A stretch of DNA of 64,000 bases from Octopus vulgaris (GCA_951406725.2 OX597837.1:17174001-17238000); one strand, 5' to 3'. Shown: positions 12,540 through 26,977, counted from the stretch's first letter. The notes: generated from the letters alone by a model not told the origin. Made by a program: numbers and translations.

Positions 12540-15500
12540 TGTCTCTTGATTTCTTATGTGTCTTGGTATGATGTTAAAGGGAACAAGGCCAGTTGAAGCA
12601 AAGCAGTTCTGTCTGAGTGTTGTGATGCAATACAAACATGACTTTTGTAGAGGATGGATAGCACAGGGACAAAGGCTCGGGTGAATCTTAAAGTGGATGC
12701 CAACATCAGTTGGGCAGTGCTATTGGAATATTTTCCATATCATGCAAATGATATAGAGTTTACAGCAACACTGAAGGGAATAAAGACTGAGATGATCTGT
12801 CATGCTGTCTATTTTCCTTGTGATTGATCTCTGGAGTGCTTCAATTTTTATAATATTTTGTTTCATGTAAGAAGACCACAGCGGATAACAGTATTCAAGG
12901 TGAGGATGAGCAAAAGTGGAGAAGAGAAGGATTATGATAGAAGCATTTCTAGACTGAAAAGTCCTGAGGATCCAGGAGTATGTCCTGTGGTCCATGTTGA
13001 TGTTTCTGTGGGCACTCTAGCTTAAGTTGTTGTTGGCAGTTACTCCAAGGTCCTGTGTGTTGTATGATGCAATAAGGTTTTTGCCTGAGGGAAGAGTGTA
13101 TGGTAGCTTATGTGCAACCTCTTTACCAAAGTGGATGAATTCAAATTTATTTTCATTTAGTTGCATATTATGTTTTTCTGTCCATCAGATAACAGCAAGG
13201 CAATAAAGATCTGATTGGAGATGAGTATGGTCACTTGCCCTGTCAAAGACTTTCAGAAGCTTGGAGTCATCTGCAAAAATTCTCATGTTTCTGTGTTTGA
13301 TGATAAAGAGTGGGTCCAAGACAGAGCTTTATAGAACTGTTTCCAAGCATGATCAAACACCATCTATCACTACATATTGGGTTGTGTTCACCAGAAAACA
13401 TTCAATCCACTTTAACAGTTTCCCTCAGACTCCATTGTTCAATAGCTTCTTTAACAGAATGCAATGGCCAACCTTGCCAAAGGCCTTGCTGAAGTCCAAG
13501 TAGATGACATCTGCATTACAGCCCTCACCCAGAGCCTTTAGGATGTCATCAAAATGATGCATGGAGCTGTGTTAGGCAGTCCTTGTCGCTGTGGAAACCA
13601 TACTGGTTGGGAGTAATTAGGCTGTTACTTTCTAGGAAGTGAGCAGAATTCTCACCACTCTCTCAAATAATGATATGGGAGGTAAGTGAGATTGGGTAGT
13701 ATTTCACTGCCAGCAATTTGTTGCCTTTTTAAAAACTGGGATAGTCAACTCTGATAGGAAATTTTCAGGTGTGTGGCCAGTGTCCAGTGATTTCTTCTAA
13801 AGAATTACTGAAGGGAATGCCAGTTGATGACAGCACTCTTCAGCAGCTGAGTTGTCTGTAATTTTTTTAATAGCTGCTATGATATCCAAGGCATCAAATG
13901 ATATATTGGATAGGACGTGCTGGGGATTTGTTTCACCAATGCTGTCAGGATTAACTAAGTTTGGATTACTGAAAGTGGAGTAGTCTTGCTTCTGTAGAAT
14001 CTTGACCATGTCTTCTGTACCACTATGCAGAGTACCATCTTCATCTATCAGAGGTCCAATAGATGATACAGTGACCTTATGCTTTGTGGCAAATGCAAAG
14101 AACAATTTGGGATTGACTTTTATTTTCTCAATGACCCACTTTTCTTCTGCAATTCTTTAAATATCAATGATAGTTTTCATGCAGTTTTGGAGATAAGGTT
14201 TCTTTGACTCTAGTAAAGCTATATCTGGTAAGTGAGGGTATTGCAGCAGGCAATATTTTAGGTGGTAGATTTTCAATTAATCCTTTTTATTTTCCTTATA
14301 AGTGCTTTTCTTTTCCATGGGAGCATGTGTTTTTTTTTTTTGTGCTCATTGATTGTTGTAAAGTGTGGTGTGAATGAAGTCCACAAATAACTGCCAGGAT
14401 ATGATGCTGCATGGAGTGAGAGAGTGAGTGAAAAACCAGTCTATGTGGATAATTGCCTTCCAGTTAGCATTGTATAGATCCATGAGGTTAGCAGGGTGTG
14501 CTGGGACAAGATTGTACTATGTTGCTTTTGGCTGCCAGAATCTCAAGCTACAAATAATCATACTGTGATGAGATAGGAGAGTTTTTCTACTATAATATTA
14601 TGGATAGTGTTAGCATAGTTACTAAACACTAAGTCCTATGTGTTTTTATCACGCGGTCCTGAAGTTCGACATGCACACAACTTTTTCTACGCCCATGACT
14701 ACTTCGCTGCCACGTAGAGTCTTCTCTGCAATCAATCTTGAAATTCTAACCAAGGCTTCCGTGCTTCTGGACTGGCAATCCCTGATGACGATGTCCTCAG
14801 TTGACGAACTATGGTCGTCCCTCAAAGCAAAAGTAATCTGGTTGACTGACCAAGCAGTTCCCGTTGGGCTTCCCAAGAAGAAGAAACACAAGCCCTGGGT
14901 GACGAAGAAGGTTAAACGAGAACTTTGACTCAGAGATATTGCTTGGGCTGAATTAAAAAATCTAGATTCGACTGCAGATTTTGAGGTGTACAAAACTCAA
15001 CGAGACCGAGCCATGAAAATTGAAAAGGAAGAACGCTTCAGATATGAATACAGAATCGCGGCAAATGCCAGTCGCAATCCAAAAACCTTCTTTGCCCATG
15101 TCCAATGGAATTCCCGCTTGAACAACCAAATTGCAACGTTGGTAGACTCAACAGGCATATCGATTGAGGACCCCTATCAGCAGAGTCAGTTATTTGCCGA
15201 GGCTTTTTCAACAATTTTCAAACAAGATGATGGTCGTGAACCCCCTCCTAGATTGGTCATCACTCAGGACGAAGTCGAACGCGTTATTCAAGGCCTCGAT
15301 GTCAACAAGGGTCACGGCCCTGACGGCATACATCCACAGGTTATCAAAGCGTTGGCTCCGGTCATCTGTGAACCTTTAACACTTCTATTCAATATGTCAT
15401 TGGCGACGGGTGTTATACCTGTGGACTGGAGAACAGCGATAATCTGCCCAATTTTCAAGAAAGGGAGCTGCGAAGACCTGCTTAACTACTGACCGGTTTC

Positions 15501-18500
15501 CCTTACTTCAATAATCAGCAAGATGTTCAAAACCATCCTTAAGAAAAGTATGTTGCTCCACCTCCAAAACACAGCCTCTATCTCTGATTCCCAACACGGC
15601 TTTGTGCCAAAGAGATCATGCTTGACCAACTTACTGGTAATGGAAGAATTGGTGACGCGTATCCTGGATGATGGTGATGCTGTTGACATCGTTTTATTGG
15701 ACTTTGCTAAAGCTTTTGACTCGGTTAACCACCGCCTATTACTTGTCAAGCTTCAAGCATATAGTTTCCATCCGGATATTGTACAATGGGTTGGTGCCTT
15801 CCTCTCAGATCGCTCCTTCCAAGTCCAAGTTAATGGTTCACTGTCCGACGTCTCCACTGCGAGCAGTGGCATGCCTCAAGGTTCAATGCTTGGGCCCTTA
15901 TTGTTTTTAGTCTTCATAAATGACTCGCCCGACGACCTCACGCAACATACTCTTCTATTTGCCGATGATGTCAAACTGGTCGCTCCTCGCGGTGATATAG
16001 ATGATCTTCAACGATGCCTCCACCAAGTTTGGAGATGGTCTAACGAATGGGACCTGTGTCTGAATGTGTCAAAGTGCTGTCATCTGCCTGTTGGCTCTTC
16101 TCCTGCAACTCAACTTGATTTCGAGCCGGGTCGTCTGCTGCTGGAGAGGACCGACCAGGTAAAGGACCTGGGTATCTTGGTGGATTCTTCCTTTTCACCT
16201 TCAGCCCAGTGCATCCATGCTGCCAACAAAGCACGCGGAGTTCTGTTTTTGATTCGACGGTCATTCGGAATGCTCACAGCAGCCATATTCCTACCGCTCT
16301 ATGTCACGCTGGTGAGACCCATATTGGAGTACGGGATTCAAGCCTCTTCTCCTTATCTCTTCAAAGACATACATCATCTCGAAAGAGTCCAGAAGCTGGC
16401 TACCCACATAGTTCTTGGTCTCAAGTATTTGTCTTATGAAGAAAGGCTGAAGACGCTCGACCTTTATTCTCTAGAAAAACGACAACGCCATGGTGATCTC
16501 ATTCTTGCTCACATCATAAGCAGAAAGTGTAACCTCTCGAAAGAGCTGTTCTTCACTCCTGCTCCAGAGCGTCGGCTGCAGGGTCACTCCGAAAAGCTCT
16601 ATCTGCGACAATTTCATCTCAATCGAAGGAGAGGGGCTTTCTCCATCTGGGTTGCGGATCCATGGAATAAGCTGCCGGACGAGATAGTGAAGATGCCGAC
16701 AACAGCTCGGTTCAAAGTCTCTCTTGACCAGAAATGGCCTGAACTCTTTGCAGGAACACCCTCCCTGTACATAACTCCATGTCCCCCTACATGGCCTTGC
16801 TTTTTGCTTTTTAAGCCAAAAAATTAACTTAACTTATAGAATCTTATTAGCACAAGCACAAGTTGGGACTGGTAAAATTTGCTCAGGAATTCAAAAAGTA
16901 ATTCCTCTGCTGCTCTCTCTGGGATTGAAATGCGTACACTTGTCTTCAAGGTGTGAGTAGACCAGTCAACACAGGAAAGATCAAAGTCACCCGTTATTAA
17001 AACATTATCAGATTGGTACTGTTCAATGAAAGACTTAATATTCATGAGGCAATCTTTGAAATACATTAGTGGTGCTTGGGGTGACCTGTGGAGCCTGCTA
17101 AATCATTAGTTTTATTATACACAGACACTGATTCACAGTGAAGAATGAGATGTGTATCTGCCCTAAATGAGTTGTGTAGGAAAATAGCAACTCCTTCCTT
17201 TCTTCTACCAGTGCGGTTTGCACAAATGATTGTATAATTCCTCATCTTTATTTCACTCCAAGTGAGAGTTGTTAAAGTGAGTCTTAGTAAGAATGAAGAA
17301 AGGAATGTGATAAGGGTGGCTTGAAACCCAATCTTGGATGAACTGAATCTTCCAGCTTTTTAAACTGAAGGATGGATTGATGCTTGCGCATTTAACAAAA
17401 ATGTTGAGACTGGAGTAGTGCTCAAAAGAAACTAATGGCTTATTGTCAGCAAGGAGGGCAATTTTTGCACTGAGATAATGACAGGAGCTCTGTGATGGCC
17501 CATATACTTTTCTGGATTTCATTTGCTAGATAAAAAGAAGGGAAAGTTTGGTGGCTGAAGTTGTAGCTGACAGTTTTGTCGGTTGTTTGACTTGTTTGTG
17601 TTCCTACTGGATGTTCTCCAGTTTCCTGAGTTGGTAGAGAAATTCCTTCCAGGGCTGTTGTTTTTGTTTTGGTTTTTGTTTATGTTCTCACTAGGTGTCT
17701 CAGTACTATAAACTGCAGGAAAAGGAGATGCAAGCATTGGCATATTACCTGGGATTTAGTGCCTCACTCCACACTGCATAACTTCAGTCCAGTTGTACTG
17801 TATGTTACTGTACAATGTCATGTTTTCCAGCACATTGGATGGAGGATGAGGCTGACTCTGTGACCTCTCCTTTTTGACATCAGTTTGTAAGTCATTCTTG
17901 TTTACTGTAATTACTTCTGTATTTTTAGTTTCCCCCATAAAGAAAACAGCTGACTTTGGAAGATCCTTCTGTATTTTGCTCAGAGGACTCACACATAGGT
18001 CCATTTATTTTGAAGTTCATGTTGTCATTTGTGTTGTCACTATTATCCATGCCACTGCTACTTTTGTTGTTTTACTCTGCTATATTTGTTGTTGCAGTGT
18101 TACTGGTGTTGGTAGTGGAAGAGTCAGTGTTCCTGTTACTACTATCATTGCTTTTTGTTGTCATTATTTCCTCCTGCTGAACCTGTGATGACTGTGGTGG
18201 CATTGAAACTTTTAGCACGGGAAATTTATCTTGCACTTTTTCCTGTACTGATTTGTCGTTGTTGGTGGTGGTGATGGTTGTTTTGTTGTCTGTAGTGGTA
18301 ATATTGGTGGTGGTGGTGGTTGCGTAGGTGTTACTCACATTTGATTTCTGGTTGTTATCAACAGAAATTTGCATGTGGATTTTTGTTTGCACTTCTCTAT
18401 TTTGTAAAAGGCATTGATGGGTGGGTTGGGGGGGGGGGGTGGGGCTCACCTTTATTTTTTTTTGTTAGGATTTTGATGGGTATAATTTGAAAATGAAATT

Positions 18501-18720
18501 GCTATATTTTGGCCCAAGGCCTAAATATTATGGGGCTGTCTTTTCAGTGGGCTGTCTATGGTGCTCTGTTTACAGTTTGTAGAAAAAACAAGTAAAAGTC
18601 AACAAAAGTTATGGAGCAAAACTATATGTAACAACTTGAGATACCAATAATGATGGTCAGTGCTGTTGATTTTGATGTATGAGTGTTTGAAGGGGAAGAT
18701 TTAAAGAAAAAAGTAAGAAA
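12540..18720 (-). mobile_element. Near full-length decayed CR1/L2-group LINE (ORF1 remnant, AP endonuclease, RT), split by a younger LINE
   Basis: Minus-strand DVIYLDFSKAF (~13500), IFADDSK (~13270), PHLEYC..LWS (~12890), ITGDFDL..VDW (~16980); Thr/Asn-rich 5' ORF remnant at 17500-18450. Boundaries are approximate. Confidence 0.8.
14641..16833 (+). mobile_element. 5'-truncated CR1-like LINE, same family as 3797-4643; RT with a few stops
   Basis: GPDGIHP, PIFKKG...NY*PVSLTS, DFAKAFDSVNH, G.PQGS.LGPLLF, LFADDVK; ends in aattaacttaac. Confidence 0.92.
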
Positions 18721-18929
18721 AAGAGAAAATAACTTTTAAAAATAAAAGCTGCGTCTATTTGCGATGGTTGCATGAATGTAATTTGAGTCCTGGTATGGAT
18801 TTTGTTATGAAGTCACAATAGGGACACTGATGATTTTGATTTTGTCTGGGATTGGACAAGTGTGTCTGTTGATTGCAGGATATAATCCTTTTATTATTCT
18901 GTTTCTTTAACTCAAATTGTTTTGATGCA

Positions 18930-19505
18930 TCATGATATATTTTATGTCATGCAGATCAATCTAGGCAATGACTTCCCCAAGATGTCAAGTTAAGTTGTAG
19001 AGACTTTAGTGATTGCTTAAACTTATCTTTATACCCAAGGACAGGTCTTCCTTTACCATGGTATACCTCTACTTGTTTGCCATACAAAAGAACTTTTGGA
19101 ATGTGGTCATCTTTCATTCGAACAACATGTCCTATCCATCTGCACTGAATTCTCAGTAGCATACTTTAGAAACTGGAGATATCACATTTTTCTAAGATTT
19201 TAACATTTGATATCTCATCTTGCCATTTTATGTTGCAGATATTTAGCAGCACATGTGAAAGATTTCAAGTTTCTTTATATGTCTAGTAGGGAGTTCATGA
19301 TTTTGCATGTATACAAAATTTATATACACTTATTTTAGTTTTCAGACTGACACTGTTCATCCCACAAATAATAGTAAAGTTTTCCAAAAGCATTTGTAGC
19401 CTTAGGTGTTCTAACATTGATTTCATTATCAAAAATACTTAAAGTTTACTGTGCTTCTAAGATATTAAATGACCTGACCCATTTGAGTGGCTTGTCAATC
19501 ATTAT
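18930..19505 (-). mobile_element. RTE-clade LINE remnant
   Basis: CRWIGHVVRMKDDHIPKVLLYG......GRP..YKD. Confidence 0.75.
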
Positions 19506-19509
19506 GTTT

Positions 19510-19867
19510 GAAGGATGAAAGGCTAAGTCAACCTTGCTGGAATTTGAATTGAGAACATAGCGACAAGAGAAATACCGCTAAGCATTTTGTCCAGCGTGCT
19601 AACAATTCTGCCAGCTCACCACCTTATATATAATAATAATGATAATAATAATAATGATTTCAAATTTTGGCACAAGGCCACCAAATTCAGGTGAGGGATA
19701 AGTTGATTACATTGACCTCAATATTCAACTAGTACTTATTTTATCAACTCTGAAAGGATAAAAGACAAAGTCAACCTTGGTAACATTTCAACTCAGGATG
19801 TAAAGATAGACAAAAATGCTGCAAAGCATTTTACCTGGCATACTAATAATTCTGCCAGCTCACCGCC

Positions 19868-19906
<39 letters not shown>

Positions 19907-20130
19907 GTTTCAAATTTTGCCACAAGGGCAGCAATTTGGGGGGAAAGGGATAGTCAATTAATCGATCCTAGTGCAAAACTGGTGCTTATTTTAACGACCC
20001 CAAAAGAATGAAAGGCAAAGCTGAACTTAGTAGAATTTGAATGCAGAATGTAATGGCAGACAGAATACTGCTAGGCATTTTGCCCAGTGTGCTAATGATT
20101 CTGGCATCTTGCTGCCTTAATAGTAATAAT
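19510..20130 (-). repeat. Tandem array of tRNA-derived SINE units separated by (TAA)n
   Basis: Three recurrences of gctaa..attctgccagctcacc-like sequence followed by (taa)n. Confidence 0.8.
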
Positions 20131-20136
20131 AATAAT

Positions 20137-20930
20137 GAAGACAGATACAGAGGACTGGTGGCTATGGATGAAGAGGAGTGACCTGAAGATAGAGACAGAA
20201 GCAATCATATGAGCAGCCTAAGATTAAGCATCAAGGACCAACTATATGAAGTGTAGAATAGACAACACTACCAATAACAACAAATGTAGAATGTGTGGTG
20301 AGAGGGGGTGAAACGGTATGGCACATCGTTAGCAAATGCCCAAAATTGGTTCAACATGAATACAAAAGATGTCATGACAATGTGGCAAGAACGATCCATT
20401 GGGAGCCTACAAAGAGCAAAGACGTGGTATGAGAAAACCCCACAAGGAGTCACCGTAAACAAGAATTGCAAAATCCTATGGGATACAATGATTCAGTGTG
20501 ATCACCTGACTAGACATCAGAAACTGGACATTGTTGTGGGAAATAAAAAAGAAAAAAACATGTATGATAATCGATATAGCATGCCCAGGTGACAACAGGA
20601 TCAGTGTGAAAGAAGGAGGAAAAATAAACAACTGTGACAATTTGAAATGGGAAATACGAAGGTTGTGGTCGCTGAAGAGAGTGTAGACATGATACAAATA
20701 GTAATTGGTGCACTTGGAAGTATCAGCACTCAACTACCAGCATGGCTGAAAAAGATTGGTGCAAGTGTGGAGGTAGAACACCTATAAAAATCAGCATGGC
20801 TTGGAACTGTCAGAATTTTTCACAGGGTTCTTGAAGAATTACCAGTAAACAAATGTCACCTTAGTCTGCTGGCTATTGACAGCTGACACTTTCCATCATA
20901 CCCAGCAAAATAAGCTGCGAGTTTTCATAT
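20137..20930 (+). mobile_element. R4/Dong-type retrotransposon 3' remnant
   Basis: RTNYMKCRID....KCRMCGE..ETVWHIVSKCPKL.Q.EYKRCHDNVA, then KILWD..IQCDH....KLDIVV and IVIGALG; (TAA)n on both flanks. Confidence 0.8.
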
Positions 20931-20999
20931 AATAATAATATTTTGAAGGTAGTTGCATGATTCGTTGTACATAATATTTTCTCATCACTGTTGGAGGTG

Positions 21000-21025
21000 C
21001 TCTCTCTTTCTCTGTCTCTCCCCCC

Positions 21026-21112
<87 letters not shown>
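21000..21112. repeat. (CT)n(CA)n compound microsatellite
   Basis: Direct reading; similar tracts at 25920-25975 and 27590-27657. Confidence 0.95.
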
Positions 21113-21114
<2 letters not shown>

Positions 21115-21374
21115 CAGAATGGTGCAGTGACTTAGAATATCCCAATATCATTTTTCTGTTTTAGCTTGGTTCTATCACCACTGCTTGGACTAATACTTTC
21201 AAATGCAATAATTTTGAGTCTGGTTACATCATATCTTTTATAAATATTTTTAATTTCTTTTTTTCTCTTCCTCATCAATGTGAGTGACTTGCATGCATGT
21301 CTTTACAGATACATTTTCATTCTTTTCTTCTTTTCCTCATCAACATTAGAATGTTGCCTGCATAGGTATATTTA

Positions 21375-23280
21375 ACTCCATGACAATGGTCTTTTTTTAT
21401 CAAGCAACTAGGTTGCATTGACGGTAATCATCTCAGCTGAGATCCGCAGTTAGTGCACGACAATGATTTGGCTTATATTTACATCATTCACTTTAGCCAG
21501 TTTATGGCAACAGTAATCATGCTGATTGAAGTCAACACTCAATGTGAGATAACACTCAGCAAATATTTATGTTAACTGCTTTAGTGCAAGTACTTTTTAA
21601 TTACCTAAACTATATTCCTGTGCAGGGCACTCATGCAGTATTATTCCTGAATAAGATCACTTGACAGTACAAGTCAGATCAACTTCATGTATTTACAATT
21701 CAAAAATTGACTTTAGTGTGGTAGAGTTCAAAACAGGGTACCACACACAGTGGTATATTACATTGTGAACAATGGTATCTAGTTTCCTTTTTTGCTTTAC
21801 ATACTGTGCATCTCTTTGAAGCCTTTGTCTTCTTGGCAGTGGGGTGAAACAGTTGTGGAAAATGTCCACATCCCTTCACCAAGCCGTGAAGAGAGAGTCT
21901 GGCATGGGGACATCCACGCATTCTGTACTTTGGCAAGTCTGATGCTTCTATCATTTCACAGAACAATAGATTCCTGAATGTCAATCGCACGATTCCTGAA
22001 TGTCAATCCATCCCCCACACTGCCAAATCAAACGTAAGTTAACAACACACATGTCAACTATATACAAGAAAATATTTTTTGTATCACTTCACAAATTTTC
22101 TCCCTGATTTGTGTGTCATCACCAGCTGATACTCAGTTTCATTATGACATTACTGTCCGCATCGTGTCCTTCATGCTTGCAGAAGGCATTGTGAATAACA
22201 TGCAGACGTTTTTCTTGTCACACCTGACTAGACTGAGAACGCCACTATCAGTGCATCGGTATGCTGTTTTTATCTTGTGAAGATCAGGCAGCATAATTTT
22301 CCTGTGCATCCTCACAGTCCCACAGGCATTGGTCCTCTTTGCCTGCAGCTGCAGGAAGAAATCTGGACTGGAAAACCAATTGTCCACATAAATATTGTAA
22401 CCTTTGTCAAACAAGTTTTCATTCAGCGACAACACTACATTAGTTGACACTAAAAGATCCAATCTGTCCTGACCAGTGTAAATTTTGTAATTCCATATAT
22501 ACCCACAGGCTCTGCCAGTTGACTGGCATACTTTATAAACCTTGATTCCAAACTGGGCAAGTTGTATTGTTTGAATAAGAGCCTTCCCTTGATTTTCCAC
22601 AAACTTTTAGCTGTACAAATGTGTGTGGAGACATACACCATTCTGTAATTTTCAGCCACTTCATCAACAACAGGATGTATTTTGTGCAGCCTGTCATCCT
22701 GGTTCTCGCCTGAGTTGAAATGTACATTTCGAAGAAGCGCCAAAAATTGATCACGTGGCATCATTTCCAGAAAGAAAGGCATCGACATGGTTGGATTCCA
22801 ATTCCAATATGATACCAGGCTCAGTTTCTTCACGATGCCCATCAGTATCAGCAGAGTAAGCAATTTTGATTTTGTCCCCAATGGTTGGAAGCCAATCACT
22901 GCCATGCTCAGGTCTGGTTTTCAGTATAGTAGCATTGTTCTGTCTTCTATGTTTAAGGTTTGCCTTTGTGCCAAGCGTAACAGTAAACCCATGCCATTGG
23001 ATGAAATTGTCTCTTGCTCGCCACACAATATTCTATTGTCCAGGGTCATACCTTTGATTCACTGAAAGATCATCATAGCTATCAGAATCATCTGAACTGG
23101 AACAAACAACTGGTGAGGTGGTGGAGCTTGGTGTAGCTTTGTGCGATGACTGTAAATTTGATGAAAAGGTCATGATGATGAAGTTGATGGAGCTGGAGTG
23201 GTAGGATTGGATGATGAAATTGACAGAACTGGAGTTGCAGGACCAGATACTCAGGATTGTAAATATTTACATGAAACATC
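21375..23280 (-). mobile_element. Decayed piggyBac transposon
   Basis: Frameshifted transposase with KGRLLFKQY, FGIKVYKVC, YVDNWFSS, ACGTVR and a C-terminal Cys-rich RCTVC...TRYHCSQCNIPLCVVPCFELYHT. A TTAA lies at 21372; ends are uncertain. Confidence 0.85.
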
Positions 23281-24424
23281 TAATTGGCCTGAAAGGATAA
23301 AAAGCAAAGTCAACCTTGGTGGAATATGAATTCAACGTAAAGATGGAGGAAATGTCAGCATGCTAGTGATTCTGCTATATTTCCACCTTAATAATGATGA
23401 TAATAAACCTTTCTACAATAGGTGCAAGGAAATCTTATTTTGGTGGAGAAGAGTGGTTTAGTAACCAGCCTCAAAATTACATCGACCACCCCCCATACTC
23501 AGGTAGTACTTATTTTATCAACCCCAAAAGATGAAAGGCACAATTGATCTCAGGCGTGTTAGAAATAATAATAATAATAATAATGAAGGGGCATTTCAGG
23601 GACAATTTATAATTTGTGTTGGGGTTTACATAAAATAAAGTTAGAAGAAGAGGAGTGGAGAGATGAGACAAAAGTACCCTTAGTATACAAAATATGTAAA
23701 TACATCAATAATGCAGTCCTCCTCATGTAAGAGAGCCTCTAACTCAAGCCAGTCAATGAGCCTCACAGATCCAGTATCACCTTAATCAAGGGCCCAAAAC
23801 ACTGAGAACAATACAAGGATGAAATACAAACAAAAATAAGGAAAAAATGAAATAATAATGACTTCCAACTTAGGTACAAGACTTTTAAATTTTGATTATA
23901 GCTGATTTAATCAACCCTAATACTTGATTGCTATAAACTTGCTAGAAATAGTAGCAATATCTCCCTCAAACTGTACCCTAACCTCTTGGTAAAATACAAA
24001 CAACATATTAGAGGTCACTATATTGTGCCAACAGAGCAGTCATGATTGAAAAGTTTCTCATCATATGTCTACACCATTGGAATTAAACAGGGAATTCTAC
24101 AGCTGCTTTATCTACTTGCTAGAAAAAGTTGTTGTATGTTCCTCAAACCATGCAGCCAGCCATTTTAAAATAAGGGACACAGTAACTTGTGGTCCTCTAA
24201 GTTGACAAATATCAACCCCTACCAAAATATTAGGGAAATATTCTACTCCCATTTTTTTTTTCATTAGTGAGGAAACAAAATAGAGTTTGCATCAAACTGA
24301 TTATGACAACCCTCCACCACATCACCTCTTATAAGTTTCACCCTTAATTTTCCTTTTTTTTTAAATCTTCCTGTTACCTTTGCCTTAGATGCCACCTTAC
24401 CATATTTCTTGGTTTTTGTTTCAG

Positions 24425-24567
24425 TCTATAGAAGCAACTGTGACAATAAGCTACAGTGGAGGTCCTGGTTATCGAGAGTCTTTCTGTCGCCAATGCGCTA
24501 TCAGTCTGCACTTTGAGGTCTTACCCACTGTAACAGTACAACGATGGGATGTTGTGCCTGGTGGAAG
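24425..24567 (+). CDS. TRAPPC9: TRAPPC9 coding exon
   Basis: tttgtttcag acceptor and AAG|gtaaga donor. SIEATVTISYSGGPGYRESFCRQCAISLHFEVLPTV matches the TRAPPC9 hallmark LEA.L...YSGGPG..EGY.R.....L..EV.PSV. Confidence 0.93.
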
Positions 24568-24849
24568 GTAAGAGGCATTGATATATCTCATACTTTGACT
24601 TCACTGCACTATGTTGTTGCTGTTATTGTTGTTGTTATCATCATTACTCTGTTGTTGTGGTGGTTGTTTTGACAGCTAGCCTTCTCTCTTTATCTCTTTC
24701 TCTTAATCTCTCTCTTTCTCTTAATTTCTCTCTTTCTGTTAATTTCTATCTCACTTCCTAATTCTTTCTCTGTATCCTCCCTCTCTCTCTCTCTCTCTCT
24801 CATATTATATTGTGTGACCCTTTTTTCTTTCACTGGTTTGATTTAGAGA

Positions 24850-25860
24850 AAAGTGCTGGTCTCAGAGAGTATTTACAGGCTCTCTGAAACTAGTGAGATC
24901 AATACAGTTAATGTCCCTCTTAAATAAGTTAATGGTTGCAGGAAAAATCTAAGCAGGAGTGGAATTCCAAAACTTAACATTATGGGAAAGACTCTCTGGG
25001 AATAGTTGTTATTGCATGCTTAAAAGAGTGGGTAATGAGCACAATATAGTTGATGAAAGGGGGAGAGATGAGTAAGGCAGGAGTACATGAATTAAATGGC
25101 ACTATAACAGTCATCCCTGAGGAGCAGAAGCCACATAGCTATAGTAGATAAGGCAGGATGTGTGTAGTCAAGAGGCTGGAATATGTAAGCAATTGTTCTT
25201 TGAATACTATCTAGGTTGTCTTTGTACGCAGCAGTACCCCTATCTTCCTGGATTTTGGAGCTGCATTTCATTTTGAATATCACCTGAAATTTGAAGAGTT
25301 AATAGTTGTTGGGGGCTGAAGAATTTTCTGATTCTGTAGCAGAAGATTAGTTTTAATGATGCAGCTTTTACTATATTGAAGATGTGCTTTCATTATGAGA
25401 TACCTTCAGTAATGGCATTTGTTGTGATCTTAAGGTTCAAATTGTATGATGTCCATATTCATAGGGTAACTGAGATACACTATTACTTTTTGATATGTAT
25501 AATTATTCTATTTTTGTGTTACTGAAGGAAACAAAATTAGCATGGCTCTATTAGAGAATGTCTTTTGAGGTCTTTGTTTATTGTCTCAATGTAGTTTTGG
25601 TGTGAGATATCTAGGTTGCAGGTGGATGACATGCAGGTGCAGATGGTTAGCAAAGAATGCATGTTAGTGGGCATTATTGGAAGTGGCAGCTAGTAGGTTA
25701 TTGATGTACAGCAGTAAAAATATATTTGAGAAATTTTAGATAAAAGGATTGGCAGGTTCTATGTAGTGTAATTGTTAACATAGTACTCCAACAAGTGTGA
25801 TATTTGTGGTTTTGGTCTTGTCAGTGAGTCTATTTTTCATTTTTACCTCTAAATGCTACT
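24850..25860 (-). mobile_element. Highly decayed LINE 3' remnant (CR1/Jockey group)
   Basis: Minus-strand fragments resembling LD.IQR and WNS.P..IFP....L..FKRDIN; many stops. Confidence 0.45.
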
Positions 25861-25919
25861 TTTAATACCTAAAATGATTAAATGTTAGACGTTGTGCACA
25901 TGCATGAATGTGCATGCAT

Positions 25920-25951
<32 letters not shown>

Positions 25952-26866
25952 TCTCTCTCTCTCTCTCTCTCTCTCAGCATATGTGTGTGTAGATGAATAT
26001 TTGTTTATGAATGTCTGCATGTATATCATCACCTTTTTATACCCCATTTTCTTTGTGCCATTGGTTGGACACATCCCACATCTTGTTACTCATAACATTC
26101 CACATTATGTGAGACACAGCAACAGAGAAAAACGCTCAACCTTGTCGCACTGTATGGACTTGGTGTATTTTATGGTACTCTGATACTAGCAAGGTTGTTT
26201 GTGGTTAGGTTAAAGTATCCTTTTTAGTTTGTATCAGATCTTATATATGCACATGCACACACTCCCTCTTACACACAAACACAAATTCATATATCTTTAT
26301 AAACTCACACACGTACAAATTCATCTGTATAGACACACACACATATGCACACAAGTACAAGTTCATATATCTATGTAATCTCATATGAGCATGTAGAGGA
26401 AAGATGAGTGACTGGAAGTGAGAAGAAGTGACATTACAAAGAGGAAATGACGTCACATCAAGAAGCAGTGAGTTCAAAACAACCCCTTTCTTATGGGTCT
26501 GTTGTGAGCAATGGATGTATGCTGGGAGCAATCGTAGAGTAGTAGTCCTTTCTGGCCAGAGGTTGGGGAGAGCTTACATATGGATACAACTGTGTGGTCC
26601 TATTGGTTTCCCAAGACCTGGCACTTGGAGGGATTGTCGCCAATTGCAACTCAAGGTAAGAGCAACCTTTATTTGTACCTTACAACAAAGCACATATACA
26701 CAAAAATTCATATATCTGTATAGACTCACATATGCACATGTGCATACACACACACACATGTGCACAGGTTCATGAGTTTATACACACTCACACACTCACA
26801 TAAGTTCATATGTCTATACACATTTATATAGAGAGATTCACATGTATATTTCTGTTTGTTTTTTAG

Positions 26867-26977
26867 TTATGACCGTTGCTTCCTATTATTTGACTTACTG
26901 AATCAGTCAGGCCATCAAATTGAGGTACAGTACACTGATGGTGGACACATTATTATTGAGCCTTCACAGTGCAGAAG
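26867..26977 (+). CDS. TRAPPC9: TRAPPC9 coding exon
   Basis: tttttag acceptor and AAG|gtatgg donor; phase 2 to 2. YDRCFLLFDLLNQSGHQIEVQYTDGGHIIIEPSQCR matches QCHLLLDVFNST.HEL.V.......L...ECQR. Confidence 0.92.

Noticed and set aside
15523-16827. 434-aa RT ORF as a domesticated gene or a retron/DGR-type system
   Set aside because: 5'-truncated LINE with upstream stops, a tandem-repeat tail and a second copy in the window; no accessory genes and a eukaryotic context.
18072-18449. Thr-rich 125-aa ORF as a mucin-like host exon
   Set aside because: It lies in the 5' part of the decayed LINE on the same strand; no supported splice partners.
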